A DNA stretch of 64,000 nt from Marsupella aquatica (Eukaryota; Plantae; Marchantiophyta). Every line of letters starts with the position of its first letter. Position 1 is the first letter of the stretch. Below, in pieces: positions 40,901-54,400 of the stretch. Under the pieces are notes generated by a model. The model worked only from the letters and a program-made list of their open reading frames with translations, was not told the origin of the DNA and made no database searches. Both the position numbers and the translations under genes were made by a program. Location of the stretch: positions 6,498,370 to 6,562,369 of the forward strand of contig OZ316897.1 in assembly GCA_973895155.1 (NCBI GenBank). The letters are read 5' to 3'.

Positions 40901-43900
40901 CTTTTGGATCTCCCTTTAAACTTAAATTTTGCTAGGATGTTCTTTGATGTCTAAACTATTACCTGGAAAGTATGAACTTTATCTGGACTTGCAAGTCTGG
41001 GATGGAGTTTGGCAGAACATCTGCAAAGACACTAATACCTTTTATAATTTCAGTTTTGTACTAACCTATCCTCCAAACTGACCATAATAACCAACCTGTC
41101 CCCCAAACTAGTTTAATTCCTAAGTAGATCCCCTTTCCTTATATGGGTTACCTTAACTCACGTACTTAACCTGATGTCATTCCCTATTGCATGACACATG
41201 GCAAGGCGTTATTGGCCCCGCTGATTGAACCCTGATTTGTTCTACCCTAACACAGGCCGACTCCTTCCCGTCATGATGATTAAGGGAGTACATAGGTTCC
41301 CGAGTAGGTTCCCAACAGAAGATTTGTGAAGGAGATTTATCCCAGGTCTAGCTTACACTCTTTATGTGTTTTTATTGTTGTAAAATCCTCAAGGGTGAAA
41401 AGGAGAAGCTTAGAGCATCCCCACAGGAGGGCTATTTTAGTGATTTGGTCTTGGGTCATTAGTGAGGCGGCTGGCATTCACGGTTGTCTTTGGTGGATCA
41501 CACCCGGAGTTATCCCTGATGAGTAATATTGAGTGACAAGTTAACAAGCAATGTAGAAGATTGGAAGATTGGTTCTGACATGCACACATTGTCTGTACAA
41601 ACTGGGGCAGGGTGCTACTGCACACCCCCTACCCACCAGTTCTGGCTCTCCTGGAGCATGGGTTAAATTTTCCAAGGGTCCGGTAGGGATCTTAGAGCCA
41701 ACTCACATGTGAGTAGCCATGTGAGCGGCCATATGTATTCCAGCCCTCAAACTGACTAATGGCCAAATAGAAGTGAGCGAGAGAACAATGCTGGCCAAAT
41801 AGAAGTGAGCGAGAGAACAATGCCTTCACCCCCTCCGTGCAGACTAGACGGCAAAAAATGAGTTACAAGGGCAAGAACCAAAAACTTTCTGGCCTTTGAT
41901 GTCCCTATCTCAAACTCAAGCATAAAACAAAAGACCAAACAGGACACATGTCATGAAAACAAAATCCCAAACATAACACATACACATGTCATGAAAACAT
42001 GCCATTGCAAGCTTGCGAGTTACATGTGATGAAACTATGCCATTGCAAGCTTGCGTAGTTTGCTCTAAAACTTCTCGCGCGACAGCCCACGCTAAAGTCG
42101 CCCCATGCAGGGCATTCCCGTGATGGTTGGGAACGCTCTTACAATACTCTAAAATCGTGTTTCAAAGCAAAAAGTAGAAATTGAAAACATTGCTTTCTCG
42201 TATGTGAGGCTAAAAAGAACCAAGCACGGATTTGCAAAGGATTGGTTTGGCTGATCTGCAGTTCGCGGGGGTGGTGCGCATGGCTGCTTGCCGTTCCAAA
42301 TTGGTATATGCTGGAATGCCCGGGCTTGCTTGCCCATCCTAGCAATTCATAAGTTCACTTGCTGCTCGCAAGTGGGTTCAATTTGAAAGGACTTTCCATA
42401 GACAGGTGCACGTCTTCCCGGAGCTTCTGTCATCTGGTCGCAAACTCCGCTGAGCTTCGCTAGTGATTCCGGCTGCAATAGTGCAACCCTCGTTGTAGAG
42501 TCCCTCCTCTCTGTTCTCTGGGGGACTCACTTTCGCTTTTGCTGCTTTGAACTGTCTGTAGGTTTCTCTGTTTGTGGACTTCTAATCAGTTCATTCATGC
42601 CTTTGCTCTCTGTGTCTGAGGGGTTTTACAGACACGGTCCTGGCCCGTCATATTATACTGAACAATCTTCACGCAGTCGAGGACCACGGAAAGATTTGAT
42701 GTGAAGAAATGGAAGCTGGTTTGCATGGCTTGTGGTGGGAAGGAGATCGCTTCTGTCAGGAGGACTTCTCTGTGACTAGGAGGTAGCTGCATGCAGACAA
42801 GCAGGCATGTGTCAGACTTAAGTAAGATACGCATTCACAACAGCAAGTTGCCGTTTCTACTCATGTATTGGTGTCTAATGTCTGTGATTTCTATTTATTC
42901 CAGTCTTACAGTTTGTCCGGCAAATTGGAGAGTTAATTATTCAAGTTTTGAGATATCGTGGCTTCTTAGTCTCGATTAGTCATCTAATTAGAGCTCCATC
43001 TTTTGGCCCGAGAAGGATTGAAGCGATTTCATGTGTAGCATGAGGGCCCATAGACTCATTCAATCGTTCACCCCTTCTATCTGTACGTAACGAGAGGATA
43101 TTGTAACCCACGTCGATCAAGGTTGGCTCAATTAAGACTAGATCGTTATAATTGAACTATGCTTTTCTGTACTTGAGTTTAGGGTGAACAGATCTGGCCC
43201 TGGCACTCCGAGATAGCATAATGATACCCCATTTATACCTCTTGCCACGGGCGCTCGGTCACAATTTCGAACTGGTGGGAGAACTCTCTGGATGGAGTAC
43301 AATGAAGGTGCTTCGTTCAGTCCTTCTGATGTAAAGCTTACCAGAGCTTAAATAGTTTATATGTTTGCAGGCAATTTTGCACTCCAAGCGATAAGCGCTC
43401 ACAAGTATGCGAGGATACAAATAGCTTGGCTTCCACTCTATTTAGGACGAATAGTCTCAATCTCTTAGCCGCAAAGTGTCAGGTGACGCTTCTGCTAATA
43501 CAGTGCACATGCAAAAGAAGCACCACGACGGTAGTTGTAGGGTCGAGTCTGCTACAAATTCCTGAGTAGTTGTTGATTAACATCTGCCCTTTTTTGTAAG
43601 GGCACTAAAAATGGGTCATTTTGAGCCTGCGTTGAGGCTTTTAAAAAGCTGTTTTCGGTAGAGATGTATCCCAAGTCCGAAAAGCAAAAGTGCGCGAGTT
43701 TTGTCAAGTACTGTTAAGTAGTGGACACCAGTGGCTTTCTCTCAGCAGTTGTCGCTGATCTTTGACACATTTTCAGAACTAGTCGAATGCTGCCGGCGTT
43801 TTTCTTAGAAAGTTATACCTCCATGGTTTCTAAGTTGTTTCCGATTGGCGAAGTACCAGCAGCTTTTGCAAGTCTTTGACCTAATCCGGTTACAGAACAA

Positions 43901-44348
43901 GACCTGGTATCTTAGCAACGTTTAAACCGATATTCTCTCTAAGTGAAGCTCGTCTAAACAAGATGAGTTGGTGCATATACGTTACTTTAATCATTCTAAG
44001 CTGATTTTTGTCGTCCAAGAAAGCCTGTCCTCATCATAATGAGTTGTTTAGGAACCTGTTGTCTAAGAATAGCGCTACGAACACTTGAAGCTAGTTTTCA
44101 GGGCTGGACTTATCATGTTGAGTTCGGTTTAGGAGCTGTTGTTTAAGAAATCTAGTTTGCTCATTTGAAGCTGGATTTGGACTAATCTTCAAGAAAGGCT
44201 GGTCTAATGATGTTGTTGTTACTGCAGAATCATCTGCTTTGCTTCGGTTCTCCTTCTCCCACATGTGTGAATGCTAAGTGGACTCACTGTGGGCCGGAAA
44301 CTCTCTTCCACCTGTTTACAACCGAAATTCCACACCTGAGTATTTGAG

Positions 44349-45654
44349 ATGGCCAACGCTCTTAATACTAGGCTAGTTCTAAGCACAAAATCACATATGT
44401 CATTGGACAGGACGATGCTCTGCCCTGTGCCAACAGTGCGCGTCTCCGCCAATTCAAACCTCAGACAAGGAGCTTTTGTGAAGAGAATTCTGAAGGAAAA
44501 TAAACGGGCGAATTATGTTCAGCTGTTGGACGGATATGGCTCTCGTTCTTTACGCCAAGAGTCAACTTATTCAGCTTGGCTACCCCCGATCCATGCACAA
44601 GTGGTAGAGTTCACAGCTAGACGAGAAGTGAGCCTTCCATTCCGAGAAGGAGCTGTCCCAGCCATTGAGTATCTAAATGAATTGGAGAGAGTGGTAAAAG
44701 TTACCTTTCCTGATTCAGCCCGGATCACTTACCTGGGTGATTCGGTTTGGCGAACTCGGTTAAAACCAATAACTTTCTTCACACTTTCGGCTACCCCAGT
44801 TTGCGACGTAACGTGAGTCCCTTTTTCTATCCTTTGCATTATCATTGGTCTGCTTTAGACGACAGTTATTTTTTTCACAACTTTTTGACTGGAAAATAGT
44901 TGCATGGCTCTATCCATTTCTGAGAGTGTCTGTCACGTTTCTTTGACTGGTATCTATGGACTCTGTTTTTCAGCGTGATGGCACACTCATAGTTGAATGT
45001 TTATCTCGTCATACCGTCATAGTTTACCGCTGTGTGCTCGTCGTGACCGAATGAAGGGATCTTGAGGTTCGCTGCTTGTTTTGATCATTTTGTAAGTGGT
45101 GTTTGCCTTCCTTAGTTTGCAACCTCCTCCAACTCCTGTGGTCTCATCACTGTTACAATTTTGAGGCGGTGGGGGAGGGGGGGTGAGCGGAGTAACAAAC
45201 GGTATCTATTTGGATGAGTTATGGATATTGATACACCATCACTACTTACATCTGATGCAGAGTTTACAACGAAAACAATACCCTCAAAATATTTTCAGAT
45301 CAGCTTCGGTTAGACTTCTCTGGCCTCCCAGAAGAGTATATCAATCAATCTGTTCAGTTTACTTTACAAGGGCAACTGCAAGTAGATGCCAGAAAAGGGT
45401 CTCAATACAAAGCAGGCCGCCAGGTCGATTTTAGTGGAGAAGTATCATTAACGTTAAAGACAAGTTTGCCCTTACCTTTCTCGCTTTTTCCCGAGAATAT
45501 TGTGAAGACTGTTGGAGATGCCATTTTGGACACCATTTTGGGATCTATGGAGTCCGCACTTGTAAGGGGAATAATTGCAGATTATCATTCCTGGTCCCGG
45601 ACTAAGCAGACTATGGGGAGCAAAAGTGCAATGCGAGTCACCCGATCAATGTGA
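44349..45654 (+). CDS. DUF1997-like (SRPBCC/START-fold) predicted plastid protein, ~285 aa, exons 44349-44812 and 45261-45654
   Basis: Phase-2 intron (AC|GTGAGT...TGCAG|A) gives a continuous 858-nt frame. The N-terminus is Ser/Thr/Arg-rich, like a transit peptide. IEYLNELERV...WRTRLKPITFF...PLPFSLFPENIVKTVGDAIL...IIADYHSW resembles DUF1997 proteins. Confidence 0.72.
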
Positions 45655-46199
45655 TTGAGAGTACTGTCCATACGCTCCTCAGCTCTCCATTTGCTTTTGA
45701 TAAAGCTTGTTGTATGGCATAGTGCCGTTGGAAGGTTTGAAGGAGGTGCTTACAGTTCTGGAATTGGTTTACCCACATTTGGGAAATATATAGCAGCAGA
45801 CCAATTTGGTGGCTGTGTCATATAAAATTGCATCAGCAGTCAATCACGCTCTCACACATACAGCAGCAACAAATTAGCAGGAATGATAGTTTTCAAATTG
45901 AAAATTGTCTGTAAGATGACTCTGCATCCATATTACTAGAAAGGCACGACTCCTTTCCTTACACACTGTGTAGCAAGTTCTTGTGTTGGCATTTCTCAGA
46001 TGCACTTGAATTTTATCTTCTACCAAGGAGACTAGATTTGGCACAAGTATGATAAGGTTGAATTTTTTCAAAAGGTTTGCACCAAGCAAACCGTGCACTA
46101 AAACAGGCACAACGTTAGACTATGCAGCGCAGAAGGTATGAATGTAGCATGAAGTCGTCGCTTTGTTTTTCTTAACTAGGGAGTTTAAAAAGCTTCTAC

Positions 46200-47119
46200 G
46201 GATTTGGCTGTTAGAGACCTGTGTTGAGGTTGGTGCCCAATTTCAATTTGTGTTGAGTGAGAATGGAAACGGTGTTTTTCCGAAGAGATGCGGAGACGCA
46301 CACATACTTAGTCTGGATGTCCATCACGGGAACTCGAGTAAAAATCAGTCTCGAAAGGGTGTTCAATTCAAGATATGGTGGCCCCAGAGCCTTTGTGTGG
46401 GCCCTTGGCATTTTCCTCTCCCTTCTTTGTTGCTTTGTGTTCCCCTTGTGATAAAGCGTTAGGCCCAATGCAAATGAGCATAATTTTGGGGATATAGTAG
46501 AATGAAAAAGTGAAATGAATAGGATCAGGACTGGAAAATACACCTTTGGGGATGCTCTCAACGATATGTAGTTTGACTATGGCACATGGGCAGGGCTATG
46601 GGAATTACATGATGACACTCTCCAAGTTCCCGCTGTCCCACCCCGCCCTCCATGAAGTGCCCCTTGTTGTTCAGGAGTTGAAGAAGATGCACTGCAGATT
46701 AGACTCATAGAATAGCACTTCTGTCACGGATCCACTGTGAGGTACCCCTCCGGTCCCTGCTCACTGGCCGGTCTTAGGGAGTCTGCCACTCCTCGCTGCA
46801 GTAGTTAAATTGCTGGAGTTAAATTGCTGGTTTAGCTGCCTGTCCCTGGTCTTTCTACTTCTCCCAGTGCATGACCCCCAGTTCTCTGGGCACTTAGACC
46901 TTTGGTCCTTCTGGGTGCTGACCCCCTTTGTGGGCTGCCCTTGTTGTATGTTGGCTTTTTTAATGAAATTCAATTGGTTTTTTTGCATGACCCCCAGTTC
47001 TCTGGGCACGGAGACCTTTGGTCCTTCTGGGTGCTGACCCCCTTTGTGGGCTGCCCTTGTTGTATGTTGGTTTTTTTAATGAAATTCAATTGGTTTTTTG
47101 CCCGGCGCAAAAAAAAAAA
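46200..47119 (+). mobile_element. Degenerate non-LTR retroelement 3' fragment with poly(A); includes a 116-bp tandem duplication (46868-46983, 46984-47099)
   Basis: A decayed zf-RVT-like stretch (GVFPKRC..ETHTYLVW) lies near 46270-46320. The near-identical 116-bp tandem copies end in cccggcgc plus A11. A homologous dispersed copy lies at ~11900-12010. Confidence 0.5.
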
Positions 47120-50100
47120 GAATAGAGTGATACTTCTCAATTGGTCCAATTTGATACGGATTTGTTCACAAACCTGGTGTGCCCGAGGACCAGGATGTGA
47201 AGATCATTCTCAAAGCTATTCATCCAAGTTAGACCGGGATTTTCCTCCAGGCATACTGTGGCTCTTACTTCGTCCTTAATTCATAGTATGCTCTATGGGT
47301 ATGAGATCTTCAGCTAACGATTCGATGTCTCTTCCCATGGGATGAACGTGAAGGAAGCTGAGGTTTATCTTTCGCTATTTACACTCATGCCTCCCTTCTG
47401 TCGCGTTTTATGCTCACCGTTTTATGTTCTTTCAATTTTCCTTCCGTGTGTTTTGATGTAAGGTGTTCGCAATTGAGGAGGAAAACCAAGGTGCAATATC
47501 AACGAGGTGGTTAGTGCTGCATTTGTAACCTTCTGAAAGCTTGAGGAAGGAAGACAACACTATTGATGAGCTGACAAGTCATTAAATATCAATATTGTAA
47601 ATATGCCCGCTTTGCCTTATGATTGTTTAGTCCTGCAGAATATTATTACATCATCGTCTGTATCGGGCTCACTAGGGCTAAAGCGTATGCGAGGGGTCGA
47701 AAAGAACATGCAATGAATAAAACTACCAGGAGATCAATCAAGTATAGTTTCTGGCCACTGCACGTTACATAATATGCCGAGGCCCAAAAGTATCAAGAAT
47801 TGAGGAAATTGTTACAGTTACGTTTGTGCCAAGAGACGCACTGCATCTGAGCGCTTAGATTTTCAACACTAAAAATTATTTCCCTCCAGTACAATTTTTC
47901 ATGGGGAGAAATCAAACCCAGACATTTCCAGCAGCCAACGGAGTGAGACAGTGCCACTCACACATATTTCCCATTAAATGCACACCATAACAAAACATTT
48001 TAAGGTCATATTTCCATATTTGACATTTGCAAGGCAAAGAGGCCTCCTCGAAATTGTGCATACATATAAGTTGATTTGGCCTACGAACTATCGATTTACA
48101 CCTTATAGGCATTTTACATGACGTTTGGCCTTTAAAGATGACCCTAATTTGTAATCGTGTCAGGATGGCAAGTCTTTTAGTTTGTGAGACGAACATGTGT
48201 CCAAGTTCCTCAGGCAGAATTGACGGAGGCTGCAATGGAACAAAACGTCTTCAAACAAATCGAGGACTCAACATAAAACATTGTCGGTTTGCATGAATTG
48301 GAGCACGGGGAATGGAAACGACAATTTCTTGCTAACAGATTCTGGGATTTCCCTGATATTTCAGGTGATGGTAGGGTGGAGAATCAAGGGCCTTTCGCGT
48401 ACGAGATGTCTCTTAGAACATGCGATTACTGACTATCACTTCGTTTCAATTTCGCTTTTCAAAGTTTTACTGCTCACCAGCAGCACCCTCAATATTTTCT
48501 GACAGCACATTTGGGAATTACTAATTCACGGGAAAGCTTCAGCATTGCTCAAATCTACATTTATTCTAAGAAGTGGGGTAGTACAGTGGTTGAGTCTTCA
48601 GTAACTATCACGATGTTCAGCAAAACTTGTGCAAAGTTTTAAATTAAACGTATATTCAAAATTTCAGCTACTTTCCCCCAAATCCATAGCATTTCCCGAG
48701 ACTACGCCTTTCAAAAGATATTCCTAAGGACACGGAGCAACGCAATTTCAAACATTTTGGAAGTTCTTATTCTGCAGAACACATAAAATATTCAAACAAA
48801 AGTTTGATTTACTAAGCAAGTCCTCCTAATCCGTCATTTTAGTTATGGATATCTCTTCGTTAGATGAGTTTTGTAACCATGGGCAATGCCTTCACTCCTA
48901 GTTATCACTCGCTAAACGAGTTTGAGACGCTTTAAATGTCCAGTACCCTCTTAATTTATTGGTGACCCTAGGAATCTTCATTATTAGGAAAGATCTTTCG
49001 GGAAAAGCCAATGAACGGAAGACTTCATTCGTTCAAAGGATTTGTACAAGGTCATACTGGCATCTGGTTTGGGTAGGGTTTGAAAGCCTCTATGAAATGT
49101 TTCTCTACTGAATAAGGCCTATCTTGCATGTGCAAAAGTTACTCAACTTTCCAGCCCCGAGTCTCCTCACCTTCTGGCAACACTTTACACTGTCCAGGAA
49201 AATGACCTGGTTTGGAATCCTACGCAAGATGGCGACAAGACACTGTATATTGCCATCTTTATTGCCGTATTGGTAGTTCTAAGGACGAGACGATGACGGC
49301 ACGCAGAATTTTAAGTCCTCTAGTTTCATCTTCTTCCACATGTGCCCAAAGGACCTGCTATTCCACCAGGTCTCTCTACTAATCACTTCCTGGGAGGGAA
49401 AGCAATTAAAGTCCATGCTGGTAAGGTCACATACAAGCAAGATGGCTCTAAGAAAAATGAACTAGTTTTCAGGTGAATTACTGTAGTTACCCATTTGGAA
49501 CCTCTTATCTTCTAGTCGAAAGATACGGTTAATAGTCTTGGGAGACTAAATCCCCATAGCCCTATACTCACACTTACAAGGAATTGGGCAAGAAGCGTGC
49601 CTTTAGCCAAGTTATAGAGATAGCATCCCCACCTGACCTCTTCGCCTGAGCAAGAAGCTATCTTATTTGTTAAAATGCAGTCTTCATCGTACATCCATTG
49701 TCCTGTCGTATTTGTTCCATTTAGTCGGGCAGATTTTTTGCAATGGTGTAGAGTTTCCAAATAGTGTCTGGACTCTGTCCGGCTCAGGAGTTACCACTAC
49801 CTCCCGAAATGAGGGCTCAACTACATGATTCTCAGATCTCGTAGTTAAGAATGTCTTTGTAAGGTAGTCGCTTTCTAGTCAGGGCATCCGCTCACTTAGG
49901 AATCCAAAACAACCATCAACTCTGTCTAAGAACTCTTTCCGGTTAATTGGCAAAACTACTTGCTTGATTTCCCATTCTTAGTAGTCCTCCGTTTGGATGA
50001 ACTCTTATTCAATCTCCTATGAAGTCAGTGGCCTAGAATGTCTCTGAGTGTCACCCACGATAATCGTTTTGATCAACAGAACCAACTTGCAAATATTGAA

Positions 50101-51488
50101 GGATTGACCTTCAGCTTCAAGCAAAAATGGAGGTATTCATACATATTGGCAGTACAGCCCCCAATCCACTTCCGATGAGCATCCATCGAATACGAGGATG
50201 ACCAGACAACTGTCAGTAATAAATCATAGTTTAGGGTGCAAATCGAGGGAAAGAATCGCTAAGGTCAAAATTCAGTGTGTAACTGAGAGTTACATCAATT
50301 GTGCCGAGTGAAATCGGTCTCACACATGGTGGCATGCATATAACCATTCATACATTTTTGATGCTGAACTCTACAAAAACATATGTTGGTATATGTTATG
50401 CATACTGTAGTTATTTGAGCTCAACGTTCGATTCTTCACAGGATCTTGTTTATTAGCTTATGAAACTTGCAATTCTTTGCAGGGTGTCCCTTGTGAACGG
50501 ATACGACATGCAATTCTTTGCAAGATCTTGCTGCATCGTCCACGCCAATTTTCGTTGAAGTTTTTATCACTCACGATCAATTCTGACCTGACCATTGGGC
50601 ATCATGCTGGCATAGTTGTTTGCCGGTTTTGATTGACGGTTGACGATCCTTTCCTAAATAATGGGAATCAAATGGAAGGAAGAGATGTGGATTGATGAGG
50701 AGGATGTGAATGTGGGTGAGATGCAAAAGCAAGAATTGAGTACTGACAATTCGATCAGCAGACCAAACATTCACAGATGTGGAATTAGGAGATTAAGGTG
50801 CCGAGTTCATCCATCGTTCACCACTTGCGGGGCAATCTTGATAGGTTATGACTTGTGAGGGAAGTGGGTCTTACAATGTAATCTTGAGCAGCTCAGCTCA
50901 ACGCACGCCATACAAAGTGGACGTTGATGTGATCAGACCACCGGTCAGTGGTTTTGGGTGCTAGCTAAAATCACAAGTTAAACAAGGCTTCCAGGGAGGG
51001 GAAAAGTGTGACCCGTCGTTGTGCTTCCATCTATCTAATTCGACGCACTGGTGGCGCTGTCTCTCAAACAGCATCAATTCTGTTTTTCCGGGCTACTATT
51101 TTCGCTCCGTTCGTATAGCGCAGTTCTCTTCTCAGGGCAGGCAGAGCAGGGTAGGAGGTGCTCACCGTCCTAGGCAGATCGGCAACGCATGGAGCTTATT
51201 GTGTTCTTTTTCAACTTCGGCGACGACGTGGAGATGATAGTAGGAGGGGCATAGCAGGGACGCCCTTTTGCGATGACCCGTGCGTTGCATCCTCGCTATT
51301 GAGGATGCAGGGAAGGGTGGTAGGAAGATTGAGGTTCTACTAGTCTGGAGCGTGTCTGTCGTCGTCGAATCGTTTAGTTTAGAGATCGATCCATAGCCTG
51401 GTAGAGGATTTCGGGGTAGAGTGGGTCCGAAACGGGGAGAGGAAGAAAGAGAAAAACGGCGTGACGGCCGCTACGGAGTAATACAATT

Positions 51489-54400
51489 ATGGCCGCAAAG
51501 GAAAGTAAGTCCCTTCTACATCTTTCGTGCCTGCTCTCCATCTATGTACAGTCTGAAAGCGCGTTTCGTTCAGGTTTTCATTCAAAGGTTTCTGGCGGTG
51601 TTAGAGAGGAAATTCAGGATAAGTCATCATTTGAGATGAATGACGGAGAGGGACAAGACGGTCTTTTTCCAGCCGTATGAGAGTTACTCGGAGGGAAGGG
51701 TATGGCTCTGCTAGGCAGGATGGATGGACGGCTTGGTTTCGATAGCAAGAGGTCGTCAGGGTAGGAAACTTTTACAGTCGTTATCCTTAGCCGCAGCTTT
51801 GCTAAATTTATCGTTGATTCGACCTAACTTTGAATTTGTGTTTGATTCGTTCTTTCCTCCCTCTTTTGCGTTGCAGAGAAGAGTCTATCGTCGCTCCTGG
51901 AGCGTAGCACGACCAAGCGAAAAGTGAATGTCACAACAATAGGGGTAATCTTTCCGGTAGTGGAAGTACATACACTCTTTAATCTCGTCGGGTTACACCA
52001 ACCCTCGTTTCTGTGTAGGACGGCCCCTCTTTTGGTGTTGCGTTTCGCTAGTAGTTGTTCGTCCCGTCCCCTGATTCAACAAAATGTGGTCCAATTGATT
52101 CACCAGCACGACTTATCTTCTACTTTAGTTTTTGAGTGTAATCGTCGGAGCTTGTCTGGATTTGGCAGCAAACCGAGCCGAAAGTTGAGCGTAATGTGAA
52201 GAGGGATGTTCCTTCGCAGATCTCCGGGAAGTCCAAGCTGCCTACCTCGACCGCTCTCCCATTATCGTAAGTCAAAGCTCTCTTCCGAAGACCTGGTAAC
52301 AATGTTTTGTTTGTCAACTGTAAGTTATTTCGTTTCTCGCGATCATTAGAAGGACATTTCGTTTCTCGCGATAATTAGAGGACAGTTTTTGGAAGACCAT
52401 CACACTGCCACCAAACGTTTGTGTAATACCTTTCCGTTTAGGAAGAGTTACTAGCTCGTGTCTATACTCGGCTCTCCCACCCCTATTATCGCTAGTCTCT
52501 GGAACACTCATTGTTATGAATTGCTTCCACATTTCGGATAGGGTTAGGGAGACTGTACGCCCTAGTCCCTACTTTGTTTATCCGAAGAGGCCGAGTTGCA
52601 TCGGTGTCCCTATCAGTCTTAGGACTAGGTGAAGAACGTTATAGTACCTGAGTCTCATCTCACGAGCCGAATCGATCGGTTCCAATTATCTCCCTGTTTT
52701 ATGCTTGTCAGCGTGCGGGTTCAGGGCGAAACCTTAACTTCTACTAACGTAGCATTTCTGTGGAATTTTCGAGTTTTGACTTAGATTTCTAGGCTTCATG
52801 GTCTGTCAGGTCATTCGTTGTACAGTTTATTTCGTTGACACGGCTACAAGCCCTGCCTCCATGTTTGAAGACAGGAGTGTAGGGAAGTAGGAGACCATAT
52901 GGAAGTGATAACTCCAACAGGGCTCACCGAGCACCTTACTGGGTTCACATTTGTCCGGAACAGTATCAACGAATCCACTTCGTAGACGGTGTGGACGACA
53001 ATTTTTTGTCGATCAGAGACGCCTTGTGTTGGTCCAGTAGATTTTATTTCAGCCGAAAGGTTTTTTCGGTGGTGGCTGTGCTGTGCTGTGCTGTGCTCTG
53101 CTTTGCTTTGCCTGTGACATGGAGTTGCTTGGTTCACATATATCGAATGAATGACCCAGGAATGAAGACGGATCGCGTCGGCACGCTTCGGAAAGTGGGA
53201 GTAGGAGGAAGAAACCCCGAGTCCCTGATGAAGTCAACAAAAGCCAGCTGGAGGGAAGACAGGAGTCAGTTGCAAATAATGGTTATCAGGCGTACTCTCG
53301 GAAGAACAACGAGAAGGCCAATGTTGGCCAGACGAGTGAAAGGGCCAATGGTAGCAAGAGGAGCGAAAAGGTGTATAGCAGCAAGGTCATTGAAAAGATC
53401 AATGGGAACAAGGACTTTGATAAGGCAAATGGTAGCAGGAATATGGAAATGGCCAACGGGCGCAAGAGTGCTGAAAATCCAACTAACAGCAGGGGTGTTA
53501 AACAGGAGAATGGTATCAAGAGCACGGAAAAGAAAGATGGTAGGAAGAAGCAGAGAGGTCGTGTAATGTCACTGGAAGACAAGCCTCAATCAGCATATGA
53601 CGAGAGGCGTTGTAAAAGATCCGATGGGAAGCAGTGGCGGTGTGCCAACATGGCCTTGGACGGCCTTGCTTATTGCGAAAAGCACCACTATAGCCCCGAA
53701 AAGCACCACAAGAGGCCTGAAAAGCCAAAGAATAGCAAGGATGCCGAAATGGAGAATGGTATCAAGAGCCCGGAAAAGAGGGATGGTAGGAAGAAGCAGG
53801 GAGGTCGTGTTATGTCGCTGGAGGACAAGCCTCAATCAGCAGATGATGATAAGCGTTGTAAAAGATCCGATGGGAAGCAGTGGCGGTGTGCCAACATGGC
53901 ATTGGAAGGCCTGGCTTATTGCGAAAAGCACTTCAATTACATCAAGAATCGGGGCTCGAAGACAAAGGACTCTATTGCCCCCGTGCAAAGCCCAGCTGCA
54001 AGGAAACGAAGTCAGAAGCGAAAGTGGAGCGATGGAGAAACCTCGGATTACGAAGAATATTTGGAGAAACCGAAATCAAAGCATACTAGTGGCAAGGTTT
54101 CCAAAACCCAAGAGGCCGATGCAGCACAAGGCAGCATGTTCCCTGGCACTGACGCTCTTGACTCGGGCGATTGGAAGATGAATTCAAAGAAAAAAATCTC
54201 TTCATCTAACGGAAAGGAGACAAGAATTTCAGGAAACACCCAGCATCCGGTTAGTATATACAAGCCGGGAGGTGTTTAGTCACGCTCTTATCCTTAATGA
54301 CCATGGGGCTTTGAATTGTATGTAGGAATTCAGGTGCCTTTTGCCTTGTTCATAGTTCTGAACAGCGTGTGATCGTTCCATTGGGTCGCCATTCCAATTT

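Noticed and set aside
48800-50150. Possible very old LINE RT remnant on the minus strand (EIKQVV...DG-like fragment)
   Set aside because: No intact RT motifs (e.g. QG.PLSP, YADD) could be recovered.
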